In this document: one piece after another, positions 49,444 through 63,100 of the stretch
How the letters are laid out: each line of letters begins with the position of its first letter
Position numbering within the stretch: the first letter of the stretch is position 1
DNA from: Vezdaea acicularis
Taxonomy: Eukaryota
NCBI GenBank assembly: GCA_026025075.1
Contig: JAPEUI010000019.1
Span: 62,001-126,000 of the forward strand
Direction: 5' to 3'
DNA: 64,000 nucleotides
The notes under the pieces: generated by a model
The model's database searches: none
The model's input: the letters and a program-made list of their open reading frames with translations, nothing else
What the model was told of the DNA's origin: nothing
Made by a program: the position numbers and the translations under genes

Positions 49444-50050
49444 AGTGGCCAATCGTCTTTTGTTCACGGTGTGATCGTTGCGTCAGCATACTGGGAGAAT
49501 ATGTTACCGCGATAGGTACTGATGCTGTATGTCGCTGTAGCCCTAGTCTCTCCCGTGTAGAAATAAGAGAAAGAGGTTTAGATAGGAAGTGTGTTCAGAA
49601 AAACTTGATTCCGATATCTAGCTTCTGTCCTCGCTGGATACACTTTTCGTGGGGCCCTTGCTTAGGAATCTGGTTGGATAAGAGATGAAACGCGAAAGGG
49701 TAGGTTGCTTGTAGTATGAGAGATCGCTCTTTTCACGAAAAGGAAAGTTGCTTCCGGAATATGGATCAGTCTCGAGTCTAGTGTGAGGTCGGTCGAAGAC
49801 TTGAAAGCTAAGGCTGTATGATCTGAAAGTGTTAGGGGAAGTCACTGCGTTCTCTACGCTCTATCGCTCTAAAAATTTGTTGCTACTCACCTCTGCAATT
49901 CCAACGACAATTTATTTTGGCTAATCATCACATTGATTGAATTATGTCCAAACATCCTATCTTGTTTCTCATGAGATCATGCATACCTTTGAATGAGACA
50001 CGCCGCCCATAATGCATGCTTATGAAGAGTCCGACCAAGATGCCAGCAGC

Positions 50051-51780
50051 CTATTCGGCCGTCAAAGCAAAACTAACGCCTAGAATGCCCATACCAAGAA
50101 AAGCAAAAGTGGTGCATGTTCTATGGTTGTGGTTCAAACTCATACTTTCCGTGAAAAGCTGTAACGCAACCGAGGCCATAATGCCCGCTACCGAGACTGT
50201 CAGCGTACGTTGCTTGAGGTCAGGAGAACCTTATTGAACTCACAGGTAACTGCAAACATTACCCCGTATATCCGTTCTCCAGGCGCCATATCTCCTTTCC
50301 CAGCCAATCTGAACCAGATCGCAGCGACCCCTGCCCCAAGCGGCTGGCTAATGCCACCTAGTAATGAACTCCAAAGCATAGCCTTCCACCTACTCCCAAG
50401 CGCTAGGAAAAGAGGTAGCGCCATGGCAAAACCTTCAGTGATATTGTGGATGAACAAGGCCATGAAGACAGCAAATCCTAATTGTGAGTTTGCATGGTTC
50501 GTTGCATAGGTGATAAAACCTTCCGGGAGCTTGTGAAGGGCTATAGCAATGCTGGTTTGGAGACCGATGCTGAGAAAGGCATTTTCGGGTACGTGGTGAT
50601 GGTGCGCTGGATCAGTGTGGGCATGTGCGATGCCTTCCTCAATATTTAACTCACTGGGCATGGAGCCGTGAGATGAGTGTCGGATATGATTAGGTCTCGT
50701 TTTCTGTATCTCAAGGCTTCGTGATCTGCCAACTGAAAGACGACTGTTTGTCGTTGGTTCCTCCTCATCCAAATCCCCTAGCAAAGGTGGGTAGGCGCCC
50801 TGGGAGCGTGGAGTAGAAGTCCTGCGTCTAAAGTAAATAGGCCGAAATCGTGCTGACATGACTGAGCTTCTCCTATCAATGGCGGAATTTGAGTGAATAT
50901 GTTTAAAACATTCCTGCCCACAAGGGTCCGAAAACCCGTAGCATGGACCATTGAAATCCTCGCAGCTTGACTCTGGAACTACAAGGTGGACTACTCCCGA
51001 AGTAATCCGACTGTGAAGAGGTGGCCGCCGAGCACCGAGGGCATTAGAGAACGGCAAATTCTCAGATGTCGTCCCTCGGGGTGAGTGTGGCATATTCGCA
51101 TTATCTTGGTTGCGTAATATCAAGGGAGACGTTTCTGTGGATATCATCGCCGATTCCGATCTATCAGAAGGATATGAAGGAGACGAGAACTGAGGCGCTG
51201 AATGATGGTCACGATGGCTGTAAAGATCAGCGGCCTCATGGAAATCGTCGGAATGGTCTTCTTTGCACTCTTCTTCGTGTGTATGGTCGCAGTCGACAAC
51301 ATGAGATGGAATGAACTTATGCAAGAAGCCGGATACAAACTGGATACCAACCACCCCAGCAAGGAAACACCCAATAAGGACGAAGCCAGCAGAACGCGGT
51401 GCCAGACCGCCTTTCTGTAAGTAGTTCTTTGCGGAAGGGAGCATGCCATACAGCGCGGAAAATAGCTTTAGAGGTTATGCTGTCAGCTCACTCATTTGGC
51501 GTAAGGGTTTCCAGTTTGGCCTCAGTGGGGCACCGCTAAACGTACCATTACACCGAAACTCAAACTGAGCGAGGCTGACAGGAATCCATTGCTATTTTGT
51601 ATCGCGAAGTTGCGCTTGTGGGGAAACAATCGGACGAGGTAGTCGACGAATATTATACTAGAACCGACAATACACGCTTTTCATGCGTCAGCCTCATTTA
51701 TCCTAGGAGGGTACATTGAACGTACCCGCGCCGCTAACCCCTGTCATGATCCATCCTCTCGCATCATTTTCAAGCACCAT
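50051..51780 (-). CDS. ZIP family zinc transporter (Zrt3-like)
   Basis: LSLSFGVM/LFSALY, His-rich loop ending HHHHVP, AIALHKLPEG and HNITEG; three introns. Confidence 0.9.
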
Positions 51781-52279
51781 CGTCACGGGTGGACGTTTGC
51801 GGCTTGCATACAAGCAGATTCCGAGGCTCAGGGAAAGAAGGGTGTAGCTGAAGTTGAGAATTTGGATTGGTATCGTGGTTTGGGGTCCGTTGAATGAAAG
51901 GCACAAATGCTGAGTAAGGGAACTCCAGTTCAGGCACGATCATACGTGGGAGACTTTTATGAATCTGGAAGATACAGGTGAACCTTGAACTCCTCTAGAG
52001 ACTTCCTAGCACTTCCTGTTAGAAATATAGAAGCGAGGCTCTGGAAGTGCATTTACCACTCCGAATTGCCCGTATTCGGCTCGTAAATTACCCACCAAGG
52101 TTCTTGAGATTAGTCAGCGAAGCAAAGCTACGCGACAGAATTGTTCACGCGGTTGATTTACGCGCCCATCCTGAAATTGATAGGCTTCAAGTTGGCTTCG
52201 GCGATGCGGGCTCAACATCTTGACTCGAAACAGTCCTAGCATTATCCCACCATCAATACGTTTTTCGAAGAATGACAGG

Positions 52280-53263
52280 ATGTCTAAGGCAACATTTGCA
52301 ATTATTGCTGCTGCCAGCGCAGCTGCCGGCGCAGCGGCAACGGCGTCTTTCTATTCGTTCCGTACTGCTGAGAGGAAAACGAAGTCGACTGCAGTAGAGC
52401 TGTCATTTCCTGTCCCGGGTTCTCGCCCCCTTACACGCAAGGACCTTGAGGCGCCAGTAGACCCATCTGGGCTGTTCCAGTATGGGTTTCCCGGCCCGGT
52501 CAACGACCTCGCAGCTCGGCATGCGCTTGTCTCTTCGTTCGACAGACGACTGCGAAACCCATCTTGGGTCGCCGAACATATCACCCCCAGTTCACTCCTC
52601 TTAAAAGATGCCGACCGCAAGTATTCATACTTTGTAGAAGACCCAGCTATCCCTGAGAAGTTTCAAGCAAAGCTCAAAGACTATATGGGCTCGGGTTACG
52701 ATAGGGGGCATCAAGTGCCAGCCGCTGACGCGCAATGGGATCAGGCTGCTATGGATGAAACCTTCTACCTCACCAACATGTGTCCGCAAGTGGGTAATGG
52801 CTTCAATAGGGATTACTGGTATCATTTCGAAGATTTCTGTCGGCGCTTGACGACTTCGTACCCGTCGGTTCGGATCGTCACTGGACCCCTCTATCTTCCA
52901 CGGCGATCTGGAAAAGATGGGAAATGGCGGGTCACCTATGAAGTCATTGGGAGTCCTCCGAATATAGCAGTTCCAACGCATTTCTACAAAGTTATCTTCG
53001 CCGAAGATGGTCGCACGGGAGGGAATGTAGCGCTAGGGGCGTTTGTATTGCCAAACACGGAGATAGCGAACGACAAGCCGCTCGAGGATTTTGAAGTTCC
53101 TATCGAAGCGGTTGAAAGAGCGAGCGGGCTTGAGTTCGCTAGTAAATTACCGGCTCCTCGGAGGAAGCGACTTTGTGCGGAGGTCAAATGCAGTATAATT
53201 GTGAAAGATTTTGCAAATAGGAAGAAAGCGTTTGCAAAGCAGAATCCAAGAATTGGTGCTTAA
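52280..53263 (+). CDS. NUC1: Mitochondrial nuclease (endonuclease G family)
   Basis: RNPSWVAEH, YDRGHQVPAAD, TFYLTNMCPQ, VPTHFYK and VERASGL. Confidence 0.94.
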   Translation: MSKATFAIIAAASAAAGAAATASFYSFRTAERKTKSTAVELSFPVPGSRPLTRKDLEAPVDPSGLFQYGFPGPVNDLAARHALVSSFDRRLRNPSWVAEHITPSSLLLKDADRKYSYFVEDPAIPEKFQAKLKDYMGSGYDRGHQVPAADAQWDQAAMDETFYLTNMCPQVGNGFNRDYWYHFEDFCRRLTTSYPSVRIVTGPLYLPRRSGKDGKWRVTYEVIGSPPNIAVPTHFYKVIFAEDGRTGGNVALGAFVLPNTEIANDKPLEDFEVPIEAVERASGLEFASKLPAPRRKRLCAEVKCSIIVKDFANRKKAFAKQNPRIGA

Positions 53264-53512
53264 CGGTGAGGCGTTGATCCAACACAACCTTGAGTGCATT
53301 TTGTGTGAGCATAGCGGGGGTTACATGGAGTGGCATCTATTTTTCCTGTAGCGCGATAGTTTACATGATATAGTACAGTCTATACTTTCGTCCAAATAGT
53401 CCATACACTTGTAATCCAAACCCCTAGCATCTATCAATGCTCACCGAAGCTTCAAGCCTTCTCTTTCCCCCTATTTTGCGTCCAGAATGCCGTGAGTTTC
53501 TGTTACTATAAC

Positions 53513-53908
53513 TCATCGTAGGAGGTCTTGCGCGCCTTGTCCACCTTGTTTTCGCGTTTCTTCTTGTACTTTCAAAATATATCTCCTGCTAACAGCATTC
53601 CACGATAACATATACTTTTCCATGCAATTGTTCAAGCAAGAGCTCTCCTTGTTGCTCAGCGACGATCCGGGCAAAGGGATGCAAGAAGCAAAACAAATCT
53701 CATTTATCTTCTAGAGCAGGATTGAAGAGTTAGCACAAGCTCAAATGGAGAAAGGGCCTCAAACGCCCTCGGGTCGAGATGAATAGGAGACCGAGCATAC
53801 CCCCATTAATTGCTGGGCGTTGCTAATGGCTGCTTCTTCTTGTATTGCCCGCATGATTGTATTCTTTGATGGTGGCCCGTCAGGCTTATTGGACGATAGT
53901 GAGCTCAT
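53513..53908 (-). CDS. TIM13: Small Tim chaperone Tim13 (absent from the ORF track)
   Basis: Manual splice gives EAAISNAQQLMG/KINEICFASCIPLPGSSLSNKESSCLNNCMEKYMLSWN, a twin CX3C motif. Confidence 0.88.
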
Positions 53909-53997
53909 GGTAGCCTGCAAAAGGGTTTCGCGCAAGGAACGTGAATAGAGAAGTGGCTTTCACGGTACGAGCTGTAGTATAATTGGTATGTGCGTCA

Positions 53998-54103
53998 TGA
54001 AAAATATCACAAGGTTTCGGCTCCCAGGTCATTATAAGCTCCCCCAGAAGAGCGCCACAAAGCATAAACACTTAAGTTAGCGCGTTCGCTTGCGAGGCTC
54101 ATC
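53998..54103. promoter_or_regulatory. RRPE-like (TGAAAAAT) and PAC-like (GATGAG on the minus strand) motifs in the TIM13/MDN1 divergent promoter
   Basis: TGAAAAATATC at 53998 and GCTCATC at 54097-54103, upstream of a ribosome-biogenesis gene. Both are short and imperfect matches. Confidence 0.3.
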
Positions 54104-54163
54104 AATGCCCTTGACAAAAAAAGTTTCCGTACATACCTGAAGGCATAGATTTTCACGTCGAAA

Positions 54164-57100
54164 ATGGATCTCGCAGCCCTCCCAGCAGAGCTCATTGATC
54201 TTATTTATGATGGAAAGTATACCCAGAAGGCTTTGCAATTACGAACTCTCTCCGCCCTGGCCCGCTATATTCCCCTGCTCCCTCATGTTGACGTCTATAT
54301 CGACAAAATTGTGAGCTCTACGCCACTATCGTCGGAATCGGACCAGTTTCCTCTAGATCTTCCAGTCAATGAACTGCAAGAGCTTCTACTTGCGTTTTTT
54401 CGACTACTGTATTACGATAATGCCTCATATGCGCCCTTGGTATCCCCATCGAGAGTGCAGGGGCTTTTTAGTCATGCCTCAAAACCTATACGATACCTGT
54501 CCGTGCGAATCATGTGCATGTATCTTCATGCCGCAGATGCCGCGACCGAACGTATACTGCATAGATTTGTCGGAGACGGGCCAATTGACGGCAAGTGGGA
54601 GGGTCAAGATATAGACTATACATTTCTGTCGCTTTGGGAAGAGCAGAGACTGCAGAGCCTTAACAGCGATCTGGTGCAACGAAAGCCTGTCAAATGGCCG
54701 AGGATAGATGCTGAAAAGGAAGACGCCCTCACTACAGAGATTGCTGGAGTACTCTTACCTCTGCTGCGTTCTGACAACAAATCGGCGTCTACTATGGTCT
54801 ACACGCCTACAATGACTCGAAATATGCGGATGCTCGCCCAGGCACTCCTCATCCGACAACCAATATTGCTTGTTGGAAAACCAGGATCTGGGAAGACGCA
54901 TATAGCTTTGGAAGCGGCGAGAAAGATGGGCGCTGATTGTGATATGGTTAGGCTTCATCTAAATGAGCAGTCTGATGCGAAACTCCTCTTAGGAATGTAC
55001 ACCACCGACATTCCTGGAAGCTTTACATGGAAGGCTGGCGTACTCACCACTGCAGTAAAGGAAGGGAGATGGGTGTTGATTGAAGATCTGGACCGTGCAC
55101 CTACTGAGGTCCTCAGCGTCATCTTACCACTCGTAGAAAGAGGAGAACTTGCAATACCAAGTCGAGGGGAGACTCTCCGAGCAGCCAAAGGATTTCAGCT
55201 GATAGCTACAATACGCACGTCTCTTGGCTTGAATGGAGTAGAGATCTTGCCTACTAAAAACATGTTAGGGGACCGTCTCTGGAGCAAAGTGCATGTGGAT
55301 GCTCAAACACTGGATGAACATGTCGACATAATAAGAGCACACTTTCCAGTTCTTAAACCATACTTATCAGAAATAATGAGTGTTTTTGATAGAGTACAAA
55401 CTTTAGCGCAAAACCAGTCCTTTCAACGTTCTCCTTTATCAAATTCAATGGCCCCACCAACAATTCGAGAACTACTCAAGTGGTGCCGGAGGCTTCAGTC
55501 CGTGCTTATGAGGGCTGGCGCGAGTACTGGTGTTGAGCCTGTTCCAGACCAAGTTCGCGATGCTATGTTCCAAGAGGCTGTAGACTGTTTTGCTGGGGCT
55601 GCCGAGACAGAGGACCTAACTTTCAAGCTTGCCTCTATGATCGCGCAAGAGATGAATATTGCACCGCAACGTGTCAAGTATCTACATTTCTCCCACACAC
55701 CGTCGCTTCTGGATTCGGAGAAGCTATTGTATATTGGAAGAGCAAAGCTTCCCAAACTTAAGTCTAGGGTTCAACGAGCTGCCCAATTTTCTGATATGGA
55801 AAAGCCTTTTGCTGCAACCCCCCATACTCTTCGAGTTTTGGAACAGGTCGCAGCTGCTATTAATATGACAGAACCTGTCCTGCTCGTTGGAGAGACTGGC
55901 ACTGGGAAGACTACCGTTGTGCAGCATCTTGCTCGAAAGCTTGGCCACAAGCTTACGGTGATTAACTTATCACAGCAAAGCGAGGCGGGAGATCTTTTGG
56001 GTGGCTTCAAACCTACCAACATCAGATCTCTGATAACGCCAATGAATGATAAGTTTGATGATTTGTTTCAAGATACCTTCTCTTTCAAAAAGAACGAGCG
56101 ATACCTAAACGTTCTCGCAAGGTCTATCACGAAACAGCAATGGCCCAGAGTGGTGAAATTATGGAACGAGGCCTTTCAAATGGCCGAGAAGGCCCTGACG
56201 CCAGATTTGATCGAGAATCAGTCCGACCTAAGGGATGAAGAGAGGCAACCAAAAAAGAGACGGAGGCTTGAATCAGATAAACGCCAGAAGCTTAAAGAAA
56301 GATGGAGTAGGTTTGCAATTGAAGTAAGAAACTTGGAGTCTCAAATGACAGCAGGGCCGAAAAGCTTCGCATTCTCGTTTGCTGAGGGAAGGCTTGTGAA
56401 AGCTGCGCGAAATGGAGACTGGGTTCTCCTGGACGAGATTAATCTTGCTTCGCCAGACACTTTGGAAAGCATCGCAGATCTGTTTTATCATGGATCGGAG
56501 CAAGCTCCCTCGATTCTGTTATCAGAAACAGGTAAGATAGAGCGCGTGAAGGCTCATGCAGATTTTCGAATATTTGGCGCCATGAACCCCGCGACAGATG
56601 TCGGTAAGCGGGACCTGCCTGTTGGACTGAGGTCCAGATTCACAGAGTTTTATGTTCACAGCCCTGATCGAGACTTTGAAAGCCTTCTCAATATCATACG
56701 GACACGTCTTGGTAGTTATAGCAGATCAGATCTAAGGGCGTCCCATGATATTGCACAACTGTACCTGGACACGAAAAGCCTAGCTGAAGAGAACAGAATC
56801 GTAGACGGAGCGAACCAGAAGCCTCATTTCAGTCTTCGTACCCTGACACGAACTCTCGACTATGTAGTAAAGATGGGCCCCATATATGGACTTCGCAGGG
56901 CAATGTTTGAGGGCTTTTCAATGAGTTTTCTGACACTGCTGGATCAAGCATCTGAGAGGGTCCTTACTCCACGAGTCGACAAGGCTCTACTTGGTGCTCA
57001 TTCCAATGCGCGGTCTCTCCTCAATCAGACACCCCGAGCCCCAGACACTGGTGACGAGTACGTTCAATTCAAACAGTATTTGCTACCGAAAGGGAATCTC

Positions 57101-60100
57101 CCAACTGAAGCACAGCCTCACTACATTCTCACCCCCTTTGTTGAGCGTAATCTGCTCAATCTTATCCGGGCGTCTTCCACTAAACACTTTCCAATATTGA
57201 TTCAAGGTCCTACATCGTCAGGAAAAACCAGCATGATTGAATATCTTGCCAAAATCTCAGGTAATAAATTCGTCAGGATTAACAACCATGAGCATACCGA
57301 CCTGCAAGAGTATCTTGGCACTTATGCATCAGACCTAAATGGCCAGCTACAGTTCCGCGACGGCGTGCTTGTTCAAGGACTTAGAGAAGGCCATTGGGTT
57401 GTCCTCGATGAGTTAAATTTGGCTCCGACAGACGTGCTGGAGGCGTTGAACCGGCTATTGGATGACAACCGGGAGCTTCTGATACCTGAGACTCAAGAGA
57501 TCGTACGTCCTCATGCCAATTTCATGCTGTTTGCAACTCAGAACCCGCCAGGGCTGTATGGTGGACGGAAAATTCTTTCACGTGCATTTCGTAACAGGTT
57601 TATTGAACTTCATTTCGACGATATCCCTGAAGATGAGCTCGAAACGATTTTACGAGAGCGGACTCAGATTGCACCCTCGTTTTGCACGAAGATTGTGGCT
57701 GTTTATAAAGAGTTATCATTACTTCGACAGTCAGACCGATTCTTCGAGCAGAAAAATAGCTTTGCAACTTTGAGGGACCTCTTCCGCTGGGCTTTGAGAG
57801 ACGCAGATACACATGAGCAGCTTGCTATCAACGGCTTTATGCTCTTAGCGGAGCGAGTACGCAAATCCGAAGAACGTCAAACCGTTAAAGCAATCATTGA
57901 AAGGGTGATGAAAGTCAAAGTTGATGAGGACAAGCTGTACCCAGTTGAAAGCCTGCCGGAGTTTCGTTTCTACAAGGAACAGACACAAGAAGATTACATT
58001 GTATGGACTGTTGCTATACGGCGGATTTATACACTAGTATCTCATGCCCTCAGACATAGCGAGCCAGTTCTGCTAGTTGGAGAGACTGGTTGCGGGAAGA
58101 CCACGGTTTGCCAAATGCTTGCTAAAGCGTGCAATAAGCAACTCTATACCCTTAACGCGCACCAAAATTCTGAAACTGGGGACTTGATCGGCGCACAAAG
58201 GCCTACGCGTAATCGTTCTAAACTCGAGAAACAGCTACTTCTCGACCTTCAGGCCCTCTTCGCGACTAGTTTGGGTTCTGATCACGGTCCTGATGAAGAC
58301 TTGTCGAGCTTGTTGAAACAGTACGAGGCTCTCACAGAAGATAACCGCCATCAGTACCCTTCTGAGTTGTGCCGAAGAATTGATGCTGCGAAAAAGCAAT
58401 ACAAAATTATCTTTGAATGGGTTGACGGGAGCCTTGTTCAAGCTATGAAGGAGGGCTCTTTTTTTCTTCTCGATGAGATATCTCTTGCAGATGACTCTGT
58501 TCTTGAGCGTCTAAACAGCGTTTTAGAGCCTCGGCGCACTCTTTTACTTGCAGAAAAGGGCAATGATGACTCTGAGGTCATCGCAGCCCAAGGCTTTCAA
58601 TTTTTAGCTACCATGAACCCTGGCGGTGACTACGGGAAGCGAGAACTATCTCCTGCACTGCGGAACCGTTTCACCGAGATCTGGGTTCCGCCTCTCTCAT
58701 CCTCCGAGGATATACTCCCGATGATTATGTCTAAGCTGAAGCCCAAATCTGTCCACTTCTCTCAACCGATGGTGCAGTTTGCGTACTGGTTTGGCAAGGA
58801 ATTTGAACAGTCCAAAACTTCAGTCATCTCCGTTCGAGACGTTCTCACATGGGTCCAGCTTATCAATAAGCTCGACTCAGGGGATCCTTATCTCGCATTC
58901 GTACACGGAGCCGCCATGGTCTATATAGATACTCTTGGAGCGAACCCGTCCGCAATGCTCACGTTGCCGCATGATCAGATCGGAAAAGAGAGAAGGCGAT
59001 GTCTGGATGCTCTTGCTGATCTATTGATGCACGATGTTGGCTCCTTGTACTATGAGGACATGCAATTTGAGATAAGTAAAAACTTGTTACAGGTGGGTCC
59101 ATTCGCTGTTAATAGGTCTGAAGAACTGTCTTCGAATTCAACCTTTAACCTAATGGCACCTACCACAAAGCGCAACGCTCTGAGAATAATTCGTGCTTTA
59201 CAACTTCCTAAGCCAATACTGTTGGAAGGAAGCCCTGGAGTCGGTAAAACCACTCTAATTACAGCAATCTCGCAGCTTGTGGGAAGACCCTTGACACGTA
59301 TAAATCTTTCCGAGCAGACCGATCTTATGGACCTTTTCGGATCTGACGTTCCTGAGGAAGGCGCAGAAGCTGGCCGCTTCATATGGCGAGACGCACCTTT
59401 TTTGCAGGCTATGCAAAATGGAGATTGGGTTTTACTTGATGAGATGAATCTTGCTTCGCAGTCAGTCCTCGAGGGTCTGAACGCGTGTCTAGATCATCGA
59501 GGTGAAGTTTATATCTCAGAACTTGACCAAAATTTTTCACGCCATCCAGACTTCGTTGTATTTGCAGCCCAAAATCCACATCATCAAGGAGGTGGCCGAA
59601 AAGGGCTCCCGAACTCTTTTATCAATCGTTTCACAGTTGTGTATGCCGACTCTCTCAATCCTGAGGACATATCTACCATTTGCGAATCCTCCTTCCCTGA
59701 TCAATCGGGAGACATCATTTCTAAGATGACCCGCTTTGTGATAGCCCTCGAGACTTCTTTGATCAACCAGCCGACATTGGGGTCCGTAGGTGGGCCGTGG
59801 GAGTTTAATTTACGGGATATCTTTCGATGGCTGCAGCTACTGAGTAAAAGTGGAAGCCTCTACAGAGGACGTGGGCCGGCAGATTACGTGGATTTAGTTT
59901 TCAAGCAACGCTTCCGAATGTTTCAAGATCAGGAGAATGTTGATATACTGTTCTCACGCATTTTTGATCTGATACCCAAACCCCGGCAACTTTACCATAA
60001 TTTAAGTGCAACTACGTTCCAAGTTGGTCATGCGCTGCTTGAAAGGCAAGAAATCGTGCAATCCACGTCAAATTCTCCAATAACGCTTCTCAACTATCAC

Positions 60101-63100
60101 CTTCCCTTGCTCGAATCCTTAATGGTGTGTGTCAATGAAAATTGGCCGTGCTTACTCGTGGGGCCTTCAGGGTCTGGTAAAACGACAGTTCTGAAGTACC
60201 TAGCATCTGTCACTGGTGCTACGCTAACCGAGTTTCCTCTCAATTCTGATATTGACACAATGGATCTCATAGGTGGATACGAGCAAACAGACCCTCAGCG
60301 TCAGTGTGTCTCCTTACTGACCAAGCTTGATAGCTTTTTGAGACTCCAGCTAATTACTTCTTCAATATCTGGAGCAATACCGCCAGAGATTTTTAACATA
60401 CTGACACTTTGCAAGTCTGCTTTGATTGAACAACGAACATTATATTCTGTCTTTGATCTGCTAGTATCTCTTAAACAGAAGTCAAGCCTGAGTGGCTTGG
60501 AAGAGTTTACCCAGAAGGCCAAGGCTATATTAGATAGATTTAAGAGAGCAGAAGAGGCGAGATTTGAATGGGTTGATGGAGTACTTCTGAAAGCACTAGA
60601 GGAAGGAGCGTGGCTTGTTCTTGATCACGCTAATCTTTGCAGTCCTGCAGTGCTGGACCGCCTCAACTCATTGCTAGAGCCAGATGGCTTCCTCAGCATT
60701 AACGAACACCGTGTCGCAGACGGAATGCCTCGTGTCGTTAAAGCTCACTCAAGCTTCAGAATCTTTCTTACAATGGATCCAAGGTACGGAGAGTTATCAA
60801 GGGCGATGCGCAATCGAACGGTAGAGTTATTCATGTCCTTGCCACCTGATAACACGACATATCCACACGATTTCCTTTCGCCACAGGAATCATCTATGCA
60901 GCGGTTTCAGCTAATTCGTAGCCGGCCTCTATCTGAAGTGGGACTGGGTCATCTCTCGTTTGATGATGTGAAGAAAGCCATCCAGCTCAGCAAGCAGGTT
61001 TCTCACGGACTTTTCAACCTCACTGAACGCCAGCGCTTAGATTTTGAATTCTTAATAAACAAGTCTACGTCTTTGGCTAGTGTGCTCAATACGAAGATGG
61101 CCTATGAATATGTTGAACAGCATCAGGGGCTTGGCGCAGTCTGGGCAAGCGGTCAGCCAATTCACGCTTTGGTCAATGGACCGCTTGTTCCCCTCTGTGA
61201 ATATTACAAGCTTGATCCATATGGTCTTGGTGCTATGCAAAACCTTTGGCTCGAGAACCTCAAAATGACTTATCGGCTGCAACTGATAAAAGATAACCTT
61301 GCTTTTGCTGCACCTTCTCACTTGACTTGGCTACAAAGATCGATGGCCTCTCGCAATGTTTCGCGCTTCGCAGAAGATTCCACTCAACCTGTCAATCAGT
61401 TCCTTTGCGATGTCGTCGAGATTTCCTGTTCCTATATACGACAAAGTATGAGTAGTAAAAAAGTTCAAAATGTAAGTCTTCTCGTACTAGCTTAGTACCA
61501 TGTGGATAAACTGATTCTGTTTGAATAGCGAGACGTTCGATTTTTAAGAGACGTCCAGACCTTCTGGAAGTCTCTTTTTCGGGCATCTCATTCTCCAGCC
61601 ATAAATCTTGATGTTGCTAAATTCCAAACACGTCTTGATTTAGGCCGCAGCCTAGTTGCTCAAGACACCCGCGACCATTCTTCACTAATCGATGTGAAAG
61701 CCCAGATATCCGACTATCTTAAGTGCTTTGACAGATCTTGGCAACTAACAACAGGCCTTAGTATGGGGAGGTTATGGGAAAGGTTCCGACCACCGACACC
61801 TGCAACTTCCGTTGGTGTAGCACTATGGCAACGAATCAATACTTTAGCTCATCGGTTCGATCACATCATCTGGAAGCTGAATAGTCCACTGACAAAAATA
61901 ATCTCCATACGGGATGCTCTCAGAAGTGCAAGTAATGATGAGATAAGCATCGCCTCTAAGACCCACGAACTTCTAAGAGTAGGCTTCGTCCACTTCTTCA
62001 TGTGACGGTTTCTAATGCAGATGCAGGAACTTGAACTGGCGATTGACGACTTAGAATTTGAGTCGCAGGTGGTCGGGCAGAGTTTGACACCATATTTCGG
62101 CACCGAATTTGAAGGATTGTGCCAATACTTTGACCTCCACCCGTCAGGATCTGCTTTTGCTGTTTTGGCAGACGGGAAAGAGCTAGACATTCGGGTACAA
62201 TTATTTGCAAACCGTCCAACCCGGAACTTGTCTGCAAATAAAAACCCCGAGCAAGGAGCGTCAATTCTACTCGACAAACTCTCATCATACATAGGGACGA
62301 CCCTAGATCAATCGAAGATCATGCTAGCAGTCGAAGGAAGTTTTTTCCTTGGTCTCGCTAAGAAATGGTATCTCTTATCCTTCCTTTATTTACTTATAGC
62401 TAACTGCTGCACAGTTCAAACATTGTTTCCATACCTCTGAGAATTCTGGACTCAATGCAAACAGAGCTTGCTTTGCTAAGCCACACTATTGCTAACAGCA
62501 CTCATACACTGATCTTCGATCAGTCCCGTCTGCTTGAGGCATCAATATTGCAATTAGTTCATCAGGTGGGTGTTTCAAGCGAGCCTAGTTCCTTCCTTGT
62601 ACTTTATGATAACCGGTGGAGTAGCTACTGCTCGCTCATCGAGAAGGGCTGTCTGAAGTTGCTGAGAAATGTCGCAAACACTTAGCGGAGAAGACCGAGC
62701 ATCTCCTTAAATGTCACCAAGTGGAGACTGAAAAAAGTTTCGTACCTAAGGCATCTAATTGGCAGGTGGCCGAATTTGGTCCGCTAGCAAACAAGTCTTT
62801 CATGGATGCCTGCCGGCTTTACCTCTCACCGTGCATTTCTGAGGTTTCTAACCCTGACATGAGTAAAGGCGCGGATCCTTCAAGTATGGATGTGATGAGG
62901 CTTGGCCGTGCTTGGGTATACTTCGCAGTTGCCTTTCTGAAGCTCTACGTGCCTGACAGGCCCTATGACCCGGCTCTACTACCTTTGGTCCAAAGGGAGC
63001 TTATTGTTGATCAAAGAGAAGAATATCAACACAAAATTCAAGAGCTGAAAGAATTCGAGCTCGAGTTTACGGGCCAGGACTCAAATACCAGGATAGACGT

